From Novakomyces olei (taxonomy: Eukaryota): a DNA stretch of 64,000 nucleotides. Below the pieces are notes generated by a model. It was given only the letters and a program-made list of their open reading frames with translations. It had not been told where the DNA came from and ran no database searches. The stretch lies in contig JADEYG010000009.1 in assembly GCA_016906335.1 (NCBI GenBank), positions 930,001 through 994,000 of the forward strand. Reading direction: 5' to 3'. Position numbers and translations under genes: made by a program. How positions within the stretch are numbered: position 1 is the stretch's first letter; each line of letters opens with the position of its first letter. Shown one piece after another: positions 37,956 to 50,494 of this stretch.

Positions 37956-38424
37956 CAATGTCCGCTGATTTCAAATATATAATAAGCACCGATCCAGCCG
38001 ATGCTCTCTTGAACCCGTGCCGACCCCACGCGAATTGAGCTCCCGTTGGCAGTCGATACTATGTTGTGCGTGCGTATTACTACAGTAGTAAGTACAATAA
38101 ATGTATTGTGTTTTATATACCCCACAAGGTGCACCTCCATCTCCGTATATTACTTACTGTTGTTATATATTGGATCCAATACGAATAAAATATATGTTTT
38201 GGCTCTTATTTTTCCATGTACTAGTTTTATTCAAATAAATACTGTATTCAGCAGTACTATACTATACTTTATTATACTATACTTTATTATACTATGCTTT
38301 AATATACTATACTTGACTCTACTTTATTATACTATACTACCCAATTTCATTATTTTATTCTGTCATTCTTTTGGAGCCGCCATTTTACTTGTCGACACGC
38401 CTTCGAACCGATTGCCGGCCGACA

Positions 38425-39909
38425 ATGTCGATGGCGCGTTTAAGGGACACGGTCGCGCGTTTATGGACGAGTGGTCCGCGTTTTACGCGAGTGAAAACCA
38501 GTGATGGAGCAGAAGATGAGGAAGGCAAAGCCAGTCATTTCTCGACAATTCCGGTGGAAGATAAAGCGCGTGTTTCTCGACCCAAGCGTCATTTACTAAT
38601 AGCCGTCTTGGCATTGCTGCTCTTGGCCGCGTGCAGTGCCCTGCTTTTCCAAAAGAGGCCGCGCACACCGTACTCGATCTCACAGAGACCAGCAAATTTT
38701 GGTTACTTTGGCCGGAGCGTCCCTTTGACCCTCTCTGCGTCTCATATAGTCGATCTTTCCCGGCCGCTGGAGGATCAAGATGGCGGTACGGAGCGCGGCC
38801 ATTCTCTGTCCATTGTCATTAGCGGAGGACGGGCGGGTACTATAAACTTTCTCCCCCCTGACCAAACCGTGCTGCACCCGCCTCGTCGATTCTCAGGCGA
38901 GGAGGAATCCTCAAAGGACGGCAAAGCAGACTCTTCTGACGAGCACAATCCAGAGTCTGATCCGGACTATACGAATTACGATTATCGCCGATTTTGGAAG
39001 CGTGAGAACACTAGGGAAATTGCCTCCATATCCGCCCATATTGGGGGGCGTAGAGACCTGCTGTCACGTGCTCATACCACGTACGGCGAGGGCACGTGGG
39101 AATTGGTGTTGCCCCAGCAACAGCCAGCCCTGTTGAACGGAAGTGCCGCTGATGTTTTCCCCGGTGAGGAGGAGGATTGTTTACAGTACGCTATGGACGT
39201 ACGACTGCCCTACACTTTACGCGAACTCGCAGTCGTGTCCGATGGACCTGTCCACATCGCTCTGGACGAGTACGTGGTTGCCGCTGCTTCTCAGAGAGAC
39301 GCAGCCCTGAAAAGGCTGAGTATTGTCAATAAGCATTTCAAACGGAGTGCAGAGGCGAAGCGAGCTGCTAATCATGTCGAGAGCAGTATTATATTGCTGC
39401 CAGAACTTGCAAATTTACAGGCAGCAACACAAAGCATCGGCAGTAGTCTTTCACTCAAAAGCTTAAATATGGATTTGCAAAACAGCAATTGCATAGTGAA
39501 TGGAAGCGTTGTCGTCACTGACTTTGTGGATTTGCATTCTAATGCGTCGGCGATAGACTTACGTCTGGTTCTGCGATCAAATGAGCAAGATGGCGCGGTT
39601 CGCGTTGCAGCGGATTGCCATTCAGGCCAGACCAACATTGATATTATAAGGCCGAGGCGGCAATCTTGGGTGCCATTGAACGCTACAATAGTAGATGCGG
39701 GAAATGCGGGGTCAATTGCTCTGCAACTCTATGGCGGGCTGTTGGGAACGTACACTGTAGAAGGTCCAAATGCCGCACTAGGGCCGGGACTGGGTGCGGA
39801 GGAGGGCAATATACTTCGAGGGGAGGCCACTGTCGGGCCTGCGCAAGTCGAGGCGAGTGACGTAATCGAGATTAAGAGCAGTACAGCGAGGTTGGATGTA
39901 GAGGAATAG
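38425..39909 (+). CDS. Uncharacterised type II membrane protein with a beta-strand-rich ectodomain, 494 aa, intronless
   Basis: ATG 38425; basic stretch then TM LLIAVLALLLLAACSALLF; C-terminal repeated short beta-like segments. Confidence 0.75.
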   Translation: MSMARLRDTVARLWTSGPRFTRVKTSDGAEDEEGKASHFSTIPVEDKARVSRPKRHLLIAVLALLLLAACSALLFQKRPRTPYSISQRPANFGYFGRSVPLTLSASHIVDLSRPLEDQDGGTERGHSLSIVISGGRAGTINFLPPDQTVLHPPRRFSGEEESSKDGKADSSDEHNPESDPDYTNYDYRRFWKRENTREIASISAHIGGRRDLLSRAHTTYGEGTWELVLPQQQPALLNGSAADVFPGEEEDCLQYAMDVRLPYTLRELAVVSDGPVHIALDEYVVAAASQRDAALKRLSIVNKHFKRSAEAKRAANHVESSIILLPELANLQAATQSIGSSLSLKSLNMDLQNSNCIVNGSVVVTDFVDLHSNASAIDLRLVLRSNEQDGAVRVAADCHSGQTNIDIIRPRRQSWVPLNATIVDAGNAGSIALQLYGGLLGTYTVEGPNAALGPGLGAEEGNILRGEATVGPAQVEASDVIEIKSSTARLDVEE

Positions 39910-40223
39910 ACGATTTGTAGCGGGGTGAACAGTTTGTCGGTTGTCGCGTACACAAGATTTTTTTCTAGAATAGTAATAGTTATATTTTATATATGTTTAT
40001 TTTTGGTCAGCATTTGCATAATTGGCTTGTAGGAAAATGCAGGATAATGCATAGTAGCAACCGTCAAAATATTAAGCAGGCATCTGTCAAAATTACCAGT
40101 TTATGGGCAATAAAGGTTGGTTTAATCTAATACGGACAATATAGCAACGCCAGGTGAACAGCTAGACCTATCTCGACGATTGTCAACAAGTAATAGTGTA
40201 ATCTCTTGACGATTGACCCTGAC

Positions 40224-40260
40224 CCTGTCGAGCCTGCCTGTCGAGCCTGCCTGTCGAGCC
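40224..40260. repeat. 13-nt tandem repeat (CCTGTCGAGCCTG) x2.8
   Basis: Seen directly. Confidence 0.85.
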
Positions 40261-42350
40261 CGTTTCCGTTTCCCTGGGCTGCATTTTCGGTGAATTTATT
40301 ATTCTGTTTACAACGCATCCTTGGTCGCGATGCATTCTACAGGAAACTGGCCTGTGACCTTTTTAGTTACACAAACAGCCGGAAGCCGAATCTGTACACT
40401 CATATACGCTGATCGCACTGATCTGATAAGCGCGACAAATTTCCAGATTCGCGTGTGAGCATCGCACAGGAGGTCAAACTCTGAGGTTATCGCAGTGAAA
40501 GCTTATCGTGCCCCCACAAACTATAATCGTATTTGATTTGATAATCAGGTATTCCTTATATTAAGTCGTATATTTCAAATGTGTTTGTTTATAGAGATTA
40601 TCATGTAGTGCAAACCTCTATGTTTATTACGTAACATGTACATCTACCGGTATTGCTGCTATTGCTTGTTCAATCAGACCTGAGTGCAATGGCACAGGCA
40701 TTTTGGTGGACAACTATTTGTGTTTCGAAAGCAATTTAATATGCACAGTCCTGTCAATGTACGCTTTAAATAAATGCTCGCTATGTAATGTACTACCGCT
40801 TTTCCGTGGTTGGACAAGAGGAAGGAGGAAGAAAAGTAAACATTCTATAGACAAATAAACAAACGGATATAAGACGCACAGGCACGTTCTTGACACATTC
40901 ATTCCAACGGTGACATAAGCTGCAAATAGACCAAGGAGAATGTTTATGGCACACGACCCGTTCCAGCCATGCATGGAGCATACTGATTTCGGCGTCCCTC
41001 TTACATCAACATAATCGCAGCGCCTTAAACACCACTCTTATTGCCGTTCATATATCTCGCTTCTTACGTCACAAGTAAGCATCAATTCCACGTCATAAAG
41101 TGAACTGTGACGTCTCCCTGCATTATGCCCCGTTCAGGAAGTAACGAAAATAGCCCATTTGCCAAGCGTTGTGCTGTCAAAATCATAGCCAGGGTTTTCC
41201 AGGTGAAAAACTGTTGCCACGGATGTGGCGGTGGCAATAGTCGCGTGGCAGAGTTGGCCAAGAATGAATGTAGTGACATTTTCAAGCGTTATGCCTATGA
41301 TTTAGTATTTGTACCCGCAATGTCTCCGGATTCATAAGCCTTAATAATTACTATTGCCACCCCCAATTATTGACGTGTGTTTACAGTTTGTAAGCACATG
41401 CCCCTGTTTACTGCAACGCATTTTGGCATTCATTCCACAACCAGCTGGCTGTACGCGCGTCAGTTTAAGCGCTGACAAGTACACAAAAGGCATTTTGCCC
41501 AATATTATATAGCAGACTTGGAAAGTCCCTAATTATCGCGATCTTGCTTGGTTTTCAAGCCAGAGTACATTTAAACACGAAGTCATCTGAGTAGTGGTAA
41601 TAAATTAATATACGTATAAACATCGATAAACAACCATTATAGCAGAACCAAAAATTATGCATGGACAACGTATCGGTAATAAGCTAAAAAACGAATTCAA
41701 TCCCTATGTGCTTCCTTAATTACTTCATGTCTTCCGCATTCGTTAGCCCTCGGTTCTAACTCGCGCGCAGCCCTACCCTGATTATTTTGTGCTTGCGGCG
41801 ACCAGAGTCCCTAGCGACAGGAAAGCTTTCCTATTGGCCAGCATGAGGGTGCAAAAAAACTATTCTAGTTCTCAAGTGTGCGCTTAACGAGAACGGTCTA
41901 GCCTACAGTAAAGTAATCTTTCCTTGGACGCGAGCCCTCGTAGTGTAAATTACTCCGGAACCTTAAAGAGGCCGCTGCGTTACTTACGCGCCGGCCACCG
42001 GTTCGTAAACCTCGCCAGTGAGATAGGGGCAAGAGCTAATGTATCCAAAGTCGCCACTATTGACAGGTGAACAACGCGCCAAGGGAGCTAATATCCGGTG
42101 GCCATTACAAAAGTTGTAAACACCAACCGATGCTTTAATGTATCATTTTGCACAAGTATTCACATACGCATCCACAAGTATACGCGCATGCAACGCTCGG
42201 CTCAGTTAGATGTAATAAATACATAATGTTTTATCGATAGGACAATAAATATAATCGTGTAAGAATTCAAATATAATAATAATTATGTACATACAAGCCT
42301 GATTATATATATACACACTCCCTCCCGCCCTCTCATCCATCCAAATACTC

Positions 42351-43925
42351 ATGCCGTCCTTTGCTTTAGCTATTGAAACACCGCCGCTGCACGCGCGCAA
42401 AGAGTCAAACGCAGGCTTTGGCTCTTCGTGGTCAAACTCATTTTCTGCTCAGCAAAACTGGCTTCGCGATTTGGCGAGTGCCAACGACCGGTACTTTCAC
42501 ATCCATTGTTTTTATTTATATTTTGGGTCCTCGATTATAATGCATTTCCTTTGACGCATACATCCCCTGGCAAACCCGCCTTTCGTCACTCCCGTTCTCT
42601 GGAGACACGCTTTGCCCTACCTTTACCCTCTTCCACGTCATTTGTCCTCTTTTATTCTCTCATATTGTTTCCTGTGCCGTCCGGCCGTTTATACTGGCTC
42701 ATGAATATACTATTTTGGAACTTTGTAATCGTCTATCTTCTTCTCCATACACATATCATACGGTCGCTATTTAAGCTAAATGCTAATCTCTAGGAACTAT
42801 GACTGTGCTGTTGATGATTACGTACCCACTCATCCTCAAGTAGAATCTACTTTTTGTCGTGATTTTACTTGCTGTAATAGAACCCTACGAGATTTGCATG
42901 ATCTTTTGTCACACTATGAAGAGTGCCATGTCTCTGTTGATATTGGCGATGAACTGGTAAATGCTGCAATGAACGGCAACAGCTCAGCTACTGCTGCAGC
43001 TGCCGCTGCTGCGGCAGCAGCAGCCTCTGAGCAAAATGTTATGAGGCCTGACATTCAGTCAATAAAGCGTCGGGAGCGTGCCCGGATGATGGCCTCTGTA
43101 ATGGAAGTCGAAGACGATGATGTTGCCAGTATACACAGCAACAGCAGCGGCGATAGCCGTCGAGTCCGCCGGTTTTCTCCGGCGACGGCAGTTACCGCGG
43201 CTGAGTCGGAGACTTCGCCCTCTGCGGCAACCCGAGACGTTTTCCCTTTCTCAAGGCCGTCTTCTCCCGAGACTTCCGGTCCGCCGACTCCGACCATTTT
43301 TTCTGGTAGCGAGTTCGATTCTGGAGCAGATTACCATGCTACCGCCAATCAGACTTTAAACGCGAACGCGCACAATGCTCCGCCCATGATGCAAGGCCCG
43401 CCTACCTCAGCTGAGGACTGGATATTTGCACATGACACTCCACCGGCAGCTCCAGCTTTCCGTGAAAAGTCTCAGTTGCTCAATAACGCCTATGGTCCGT
43501 TGACTATTGACTCTCCTGGAAGCAACCTTGTAGTGGTGGACAAGCCTTTTAAATGCCCTGCACCAGGATGTGACAAGGCTTACAAGAACCAGAACGGTCT
43601 TAAGTACCACAGACTTCACGGCCACTGTACCGGATACACAGGAGGATACGACGCTATCAAAGATGAGGAAATGGAGGATGCTGATGAGTCTTCTGCAAGC
43701 ACGAATAATACTACTACTGCCGCTGAAAGTCCCATGTACGCGCCAGCTCAAGGCCAACTGTACAATCCCGTCATTGAGAACAAGCCTTATCGGTGCGAGC
43801 TGTGCAATAAACGTTACAAGAATCTTAATGGATTGAAATATCACCGCGCTCATTCGCATTTACAGATCAGCATGGACCAGGCTCAACGTGAAGTTGAGCT
43901 TCAGTCGTGGTGGTTCAACAATTAG
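42351..43925 (+). CDS. SFP1: Split zinc-finger ribosome-biogenesis regulator Sfp1, 2 exons
   Basis: FCRDFTCC...DLHDLLSHYEECH, KPFKCPAPGCDKAYKNQNGLKYH, KPYRCELCNKRYKNLNGLKYH; intron about 42491-42792. Confidence 0.95.
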
Positions 43926-44791
43926 ACAGCCAAAAATATTTTTGTGTTGAACCTCTGCTTAGTTACAATAGTCCCAATGTCCAACGATCATTTGTCTTGG
44001 CCATTACTGTTGGAAATGATACGCTACATCGGAGTTGGATGTTTCGGGTTTCAGCCTGTACTGTATCACCATTATTCATCACTTTTATGACATCACCTTG
44101 TGTTTTTTGCATGGGTGAATCATGTATTCTTTATGTTTCTCGCTATCAATTTTTTATTTATTTCCCTATTTCAAAATGTTGTCTTTTCATATTTCATTAT
44201 TCGACTTGGTTTATGCTTGGGATTGGGAGCGGTTTGGTTTTAAAATACAAACAAATTCAAGGAATACACGAACCAGGTTGGGCATACTTCAACTTGGTAT
44301 CTATTAATGTTGAAAACAAAAATTAATTGGCACAGACGAGGATTAGTCTTGTTGCCGTAAGCTAAAAGATCAAATTTGATTGGGCGCTTTCTTTTTCACA
44401 CGGAAAGCAGGTTATGGATGTTGTATAGTTTCGAATTTCTCTCCTTTATTGGAGAGGACTAAAAAGTGCTTTTTGTTTTGTCGAGCTAGTTGTTTTCGCG
44501 TCGGGCTGCCGTCAGTATAGCAATTAAAGATATGTTGATGATAAAGCCCCTTTTGGCTATTGATAGTATAAGCTTTGACGTTGATTCTTTTGTAATGTTG
44601 GGTAGCGAATAGGTTTATCTCAAATGCACGACTGATCGGTCGTCTGCCATTCGGCAATTTCGCAATTCATATATTTATCGAGTATGACGTGTAAATAAAT
44701 GAATAAATTAAATTTGTATAAATAAAATAAATATCATTTAAAAATGTATATATTTAACAAAAAGTATATATATGTATAAACATTATTTAAA

Positions 44792-46248
44792 CTAATAATT
44801 CTCTATTAAAATGCCAATCTCATTAGTCTCTGCAACTTCCACCACTAATGTGGCAATTAAAACGTCCAAAAGACCCGTTCCCACAGACTTATACAGGGTA
44901 ATGTCACCACTTCCTCCCCGCATTTCCCTGACTCCGCCTTCAGAATCACAGTAGTCGCCCAGAGCTGGGCATTCTCCCACATTTATTTCGGTCCCTGGCT
45001 GAAGCAGATCCCCCGCCTCTGCAGTACAGCCTTCTATATTATCACAAATAACACGGCCTTTTGCTCTTCGCACAGTGGCCGCATCAACTTCCCGCATATG
45101 CGTGCGAAAACTGCCAATCAGACACAAGTGTGTGCCTGGACTGAGCATATCAGCCGTTATCAAGGGCTCCGTGCTCGAGGTCGCGCACACTATACACTGA
45201 GCGGCCCTCACTGCCTCGCTCACCGCTGACAAATCATCGAGCAGTATTTCCCGCACCTCAAGGGTTGAGCCCCCACTTTTGCCCCCACTATTTTTAGTTT
45301 CTATATCGATTTTACGCAGAACGTCGCCCAACTGGCTCATTCGTTCTCGCGATCTGTTGACAAGCGTAACACGCCGCAATCCGTAGCCTGCTGCCGCAAA
45401 CAGACGTACATGCCACTCTATTTGTGCACCTGCTCCAAAGGCGACCAGATGCTCTATTGAGGACACGCCGGCAGCTTGGGCCGATAGAACGGAGGCAGCA
45501 GCCGTCCGGACAGCCGTTAAAACCCCGGCATTAACGACGGCCTTGACACGACCCGTGGCTGTATCGAATACGGTAGTTGTTGCTGGAAGCCCGCCTGACG
45601 CAGTTTAGCGGGTTATGATTCACGGTGGAACAGCAGACTCATACTCGCCTGTATACAAGGGCAATAAACAAAAGAAGCAACCCCATAAGTAAAACGGCAG
45701 CAGATAAAGGCGGATAAAAAGAACGGACGGGGTCAGAGGATCCAGACTAGGATGAAGGTAAAAGTAAAAGCGTGGAAAAGCCCAAAAGCTGAATTTCATT
45801 GAAATTTAAAGTATTTGAATACTTGCCACAGCGAACCAATAGCAATGGTAACGGGTGTGGTAGAATGGCCATTGTAAACAAACGAGTATGAAACAAATGG
45901 CAATAAAGGCCGACAATGGCAAATGGCAGACACAGAAGGGCACAAGGGTTTGTTGAATATCGAAATGTAATAGCATAGAATCATAATCAATTGATAAAAG
46001 TCCAACTTACTCTTCCCACGAAAAGGAATGCTGACTGTCTTTACGGCGAATGCGTCGGCAACACGCGCCGACATAACGAGGACAGTATGATTATCCGTAC
46101 GTGGAGCAGCACGGAGAGGCGCGTCTACCGCAACAGTTTCGGCCCGAACGGAGTAGAAGAGTAAGGCTGTCTCATGCAAAAGTTTTGGTGGCGATAACGT
46201 TTCAAGGCAGACTTGCACATCTGCCTCGCGCAGGACTCGGAGAGACAT
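44792..46248 (-). CDS. Ornithine cyclodeaminase / mu-crystallin family protein, 2 exons
   Basis: VKTVS, LTAVRTAAAS, FGAGAQ, CATSSTEP, IGSF...MREVD, EAGDL, YKSVG; intron 46010-45595. Confidence 0.92.
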
Positions 46249-46594
46249 GGCAACGCTAGTTAATTGCACTGCACACTAGCTTGTCTCGGACCCGGCGCGT
46301 AATCCTACGTATATTATACTACGGCGATCATCTATATAATATGATTCTTATTCTTACACGCAAATTCTATATGTTTACTAGCGCTATCGTTGACCGCACG
46401 CAATTATCGCCTTATTTTGATAGCGCGGTCAGTTACTTGTCTGATTGGCAGGAGCGAGCCTGCAAGACTGCTTTGACAGATTCTTGTAGTGGGAAAAAGA
46501 ATTTACCTATCCTTTCTGCTCTAATGTTTTCTCATTCACTGGAACGACGAATTTTTAGAGCTGTAATACTAAATGTCAAAAACAAAAAAGATAC

Positions 46595-46675
46595 TGCTGA
46601 GGACGAGATTCGAACTCGCGCGGTTTCCCATACACACCTGAAGCGCACGCCTTAGACCAACTCGGCCACCTCAGC
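46595..46675 (-). tRNA. tRNA-Leu(CAG)
   Basis: Acceptor GCTGAGG/CCTCAGC with A73, D-loop TGGCCGAGTTGGTCTAAGGC, anticodon loop TT-CAG-GT, long variable arm, TTCGAAT; downstream T-run. Confidence 0.95.
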
Positions 46676-47149
46676 ATAAGATTTAATTCGACCATTAGGC
46701 CAAAGTAAGTTAACAAACGCGATATTTGAGAAATATAAAGTCTACATTATATTCTTATTCTTTCTTGTGTTAGTCAAGAAGGCCACCAAGGCCGATTTAG
46801 ACATATAAAGTATGCATTCTGTCGCGGCCATTTTTTTTGACTATTACAGTTGTGATATTTTAGTCGAACAAAGCCTAATTGAAACTTGGCCAGAGTGCAT
46901 TTCACAATAATCTGTCCGAGCTAACAAATCGTCCCTCGTTCTTATGCTGCTTGTAGAGGGCATATCAATGCTCAAATATATTAGTCGGGTCTTATATTGA
47001 AAGGATTAAACCTAAAGTGGGTAATAAATTAGGGTTAGACTTCGGTTTCCATGAACAAAGGTTTTATCGCAATAAAATATATATTACAGTATATATATTT
47101 TAATTTGGGAAATTGTTATCATTAATGACCTAAATGGTCGGTTCAAACA

Positions 47150-47220
47150 TTCTCGATGGTGTAGCGGTAACACCGGCGCCTGTCACGCGCCAACCCCGGG
47201 TTCGACTCCCGGTCGGGAAG
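47150..47220 (+). tRNA. tRNA-Asp(GTC)
   Basis: Acceptor TTCTCGA/TCGGGAA with G73, anticodon stem GGCGC/GCGCC, loop CT-GTC-AC, GTTCGACTC; T7 terminator follows. Confidence 0.96.
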
Positions 47221-47482
47221 ATTTTTTTGCTTTATGATTTTTGCAATGAGACCGGCTACATATTCGAGCTATGCATATGACAACCCCCGTCCTAGAACTG
47301 TCTACTGACTATGCTTTTAAATTCGTGTTTAATAGGTTGGTGGAATCAATATAAAACAAGACACGCATGTGCCAGTCTGAGCAACAAACCGGTGTCAATC
47401 AACATATAATACTGTCAAGTGTAAGAGGAAACTGCCTTTATTGGCCCAAACAGGCCATCGAGGGACAGCTTTGTCAGAACAG

Positions 47483-48448
47483 CTATGAATTGTGTTGTAC
47501 AAACTTGCTCCATGCGACAGACTCCGTAACCGACTCGCTCTCAATCGAAACGAGTCCATCGCCATTGCGACATACATAATGCAAATGTTCAACGCCTAGC
47601 TCCTTTAGCCGCTCCTTTACTTGCAGAAAAGCGAATCCAACCTGCTTTACGCCGTGCGAATCATCACTGAGGCAAAATCGAACGCCCAATCTTTTGGCTA
47701 ATTGTACAATATCGGCATGTGGGTAAGCCTCATTCCAGCCTTTACGAATGGCGGCGCTATTAAATTCCACCAGACCGCCATATTCGGCTATGAAGCGCAA
47801 ATTACGCTCAATATTTGCCCAAACTTTGGGGTATTCACTCTTGAAATTCACCATATTATCAGGCGCCATTAACCGGATCAAATCAAAGTGCCCCACAACT
47901 GTAGGCCTTAAACTAGTGAGCATCTGGTGCTGAGTATCAAAGTAATTGATAAACATAGCCTCCAAACTGCCTCCCGCTGCATGCATTGCTTTTGTCCATA
48001 GAGACCGATCGTAGTCAATAGGGATCCCATGCACGTGGTGCACACTGCCCACAATCAGATCGAGCGAATAACGATCCATTAGTGAGAGAACCAGACGCGT
48101 ATACTCTGCGGGCCTTATAAAATCGGTTTCCATGCCGACCAGCAGTTGAATTTGATCGGCATATTTCTCACGCAGCGATTGTGCAGTATGGTAGAAATGG
48201 TCGTACATCGCAAACAAGTCAGACACTTGTAAATGCTGTTCTTCTGCGTACAGGTCGCAAGCAGCATTGCGCGGCATATGCTCTGTCATTGCAAAAGTGG
48301 AAAACCCTTGCGCAATTGCCTCCTGAACAACATCTTCCAGCTTGTCTTTTGCATGCAGACAAAACCTGGTTGCGTATGGTTTAGCAATTGTAGAGTGCTG
48401 GCTTACAACGACTTACTGTCCGCTATGCGAATGGTGACTTCGAGGCAT
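47483..48448 (-). CDS. HIS2: Histidinol-phosphatase (PHP family), 2 exons
   Basis: SHHSHSGQFCLHA, TEHMPR, VGSVHHV, GHFDLI, LSDDSH; short intron after GGA CA. Confidence 0.95.
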
Positions 48449-48909
48449 GTATTAGCCGACCGCAGCGAGTGAGTTTCATTTAATTGGACAATCGGAAGTA
48501 AAAACGCTCGATATATGAATTTATATAAATTCTTATCTATAATATTATTAAAATTTAATGATAATTATTTCAAGATTAATAAACCCATATTCTAATATGA
48601 TGGATATTTTGTTTGTTTGTATTTAATTTATAATTTTTTCTATATTTGATATGAAGTTAAACATTCATAAAATAAAACATGATATAAAATATTGTATTGA
48701 TATTATTCATATAAACAACATATAATTTGCAACATTTTAGTATCCCTCTATCCTCTATAATTATATACGGATTATCGAAATATCAAGCCCGTCCTAGAAA
48801 AAGATGATTATACATATAAAATAAAATTAGATTGGTGAATAATAAGAAAAAAAGATAGCCGTAGACATTATATTGTTACACTCGTCTGCCGTAGACGAGG
48901 AAGAGTCTG

Positions 48910-49206
48910 ATGCCCGACGCGCTGGAGCATAAAGTGTAAGAAAAGGCAAGCAAGATCATATCGCTCACCCGCAGAAACCTGACTATACCTTTTCCTAATG
49001 AGCGACTTGCAAATATTGCTAAAACGGCGATCGCGGTAGACTCAGAGTTACGGCCTGCAGAGGCACAGAAACAGATCACTGTTCAAGGCCGTTTGCTCCT
49101 CATCATATACGAATGCACGACTGCGCGAGTTGCGCGTATGAGCATTGGCACTGTGCTTGAGAATTTAGCGCTTGTAACAGACGCCATGTCCCTGGACGAC
49201 CTGTAG
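48910..49206 (+). CDS. PCC1: KEOPS/EKC complex subunit Pcc1, 85 aa, 2 exons (missed by ORF track)
   Basis: Exons 48910-48935 and 48975-49206: LEHKVNLTIPFPNERLANIA..AIAVDSELRP...RVARMSI...LENLALV. Confidence 0.92.
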
Positions 49207-49691
49207 ACTTTTGGCTGCTTTTTAGACATGTCAGAGTTGGAAGATTGGTGGAGTACGCTGAAGGAGAGTCGGTACGAATCCTCATACGCGTCAGCAGTTA
49301 CGCCTAACCGTGTCAACGTAAAGGCACAAAGCACAAATTGTCTGGTGTAGAGGCTCTTTTACACAAAAGCCCAGCTAGTACCAAGATCCGAGTGATTGAA
49401 TGCAATGCTACGGAGCACAAAGTTGCGCAAAGCATTAGCGATTTAAGCTTTTTCAAACTTGTGTATACACTTGTTGAGTGCTTGTTTCATTCAAGCCGAA
49501 CTCCTATAAGCTCTCCGGAACGACCTTTCTCAAATTCGGTTTACAAGACTGATATGACACTTTGCCAGCAAATGTACCCTTTTTCTGTAGAAAATAGAGA
49601 CTACAAATTAAATACTACAAATTAAATACAAACAATGCTACTGTCAAAAAGGAACAATGTAGACTGTAAATTGTCTATAACAGTTTCGAGA

Positions 49692-50055
49692 CTAGTACCG
49701 TACTTTGAATTCACCTTCAAAGCCAGAAGCCGGAATTTCCTTGACTTCAACCTGCTCAACAGTAGACGAAGGAGCGCCTCTATTTTCTAGCCATTCTACA
49801 AATGATTGCAGTGAAGCATCATCGCCTTGAGCTTCTCCTATCACAGTACCACTGGCTATGACTGATTAGCGTATGACGTATTACCATGCACGACCTTACC
49901 ATCGTTTTTGCACCAGCCCGTCAATCCGAGTCGTGACGCTTCTCGAGTCGCGTATGAGCGAAAGCCGACCCCTGCAGAATGAGCGGCTATACTTTAAAAG
50001 CTAATGTACCCTGGACCTCGCCCTTTACTTCAAACTCAATCCTTTTAACTCCCAT
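49692..50055 (-). CDS. Acylphosphatase, 93 aa, 3 exons (missed by ORF track)
   Basis: Exons 50055-50010, 49971-49900, 49855-49692 (282 nt): VKGEVQGVGFR, GLTGWCKN, GTVIGEAQG. Confidence 0.95.
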
Positions 50056-50219
50056 GATAGCTTGTGTGATGTGCGATAAGAACTGCGATTTATTAAGCGA
50101 TTTATTTAGTGATTTATTGTTTTGATCTTATGTCATACATTTTCTTGCGAGAACGTATTCCCCATAATTCGTTACTTATAAATAATATTAAGAAATGGAT
50201 CTGCGTTTATTTTATTATA

Positions 50220-50220
<1 letters not shown>

Positions 50221-50260
<40 letters not shown>
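50221..50260. repeat. (TTGA)10 microsatellite
   Basis: Seen directly. Confidence 0.95.
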
Positions 50261-50261
<1 letters not shown>

Positions 50262-50494
50262 ATAAATACATAACAAATTAATTCATTCACAAGTTATTAA
50301 AGTATATTTTTGTTTGTTCCTCTGTGCATCAAATCTGCAAAGCAGTCCAATCAAACAATTTACGAGGCAAAACAGATAGCTACATATCCATTATAGCACT
50401 GGTAGATTCAATAAACGCTATTGTAAACAGAGCAAGTACTAGAAAAGTGCTACTTTATTTTTGACAACTTTATATTTGATAACTCCATTAGCTT

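Noticed and set aside
44535-44636. TGATGA...CTGA as a box C/D snoRNA
   Set aside because: No terminal stem and no rRNA-complementary guide that I can recognise
45595-45660. AG-GCGA-GTATGA in the long OCD intron as a 4-nt microexon or recursive splice site
   Set aside because: Inclusion breaks the frame and no clear upstream branch point is present; needs RNA data
46595-46675. tRNA(CAG) as a sign of CUG codon reassignment
   Set aside because: U33, G37, A73 and no G3:U70 are Leu identity features; CTG encodes a conserved Leu in SRP54
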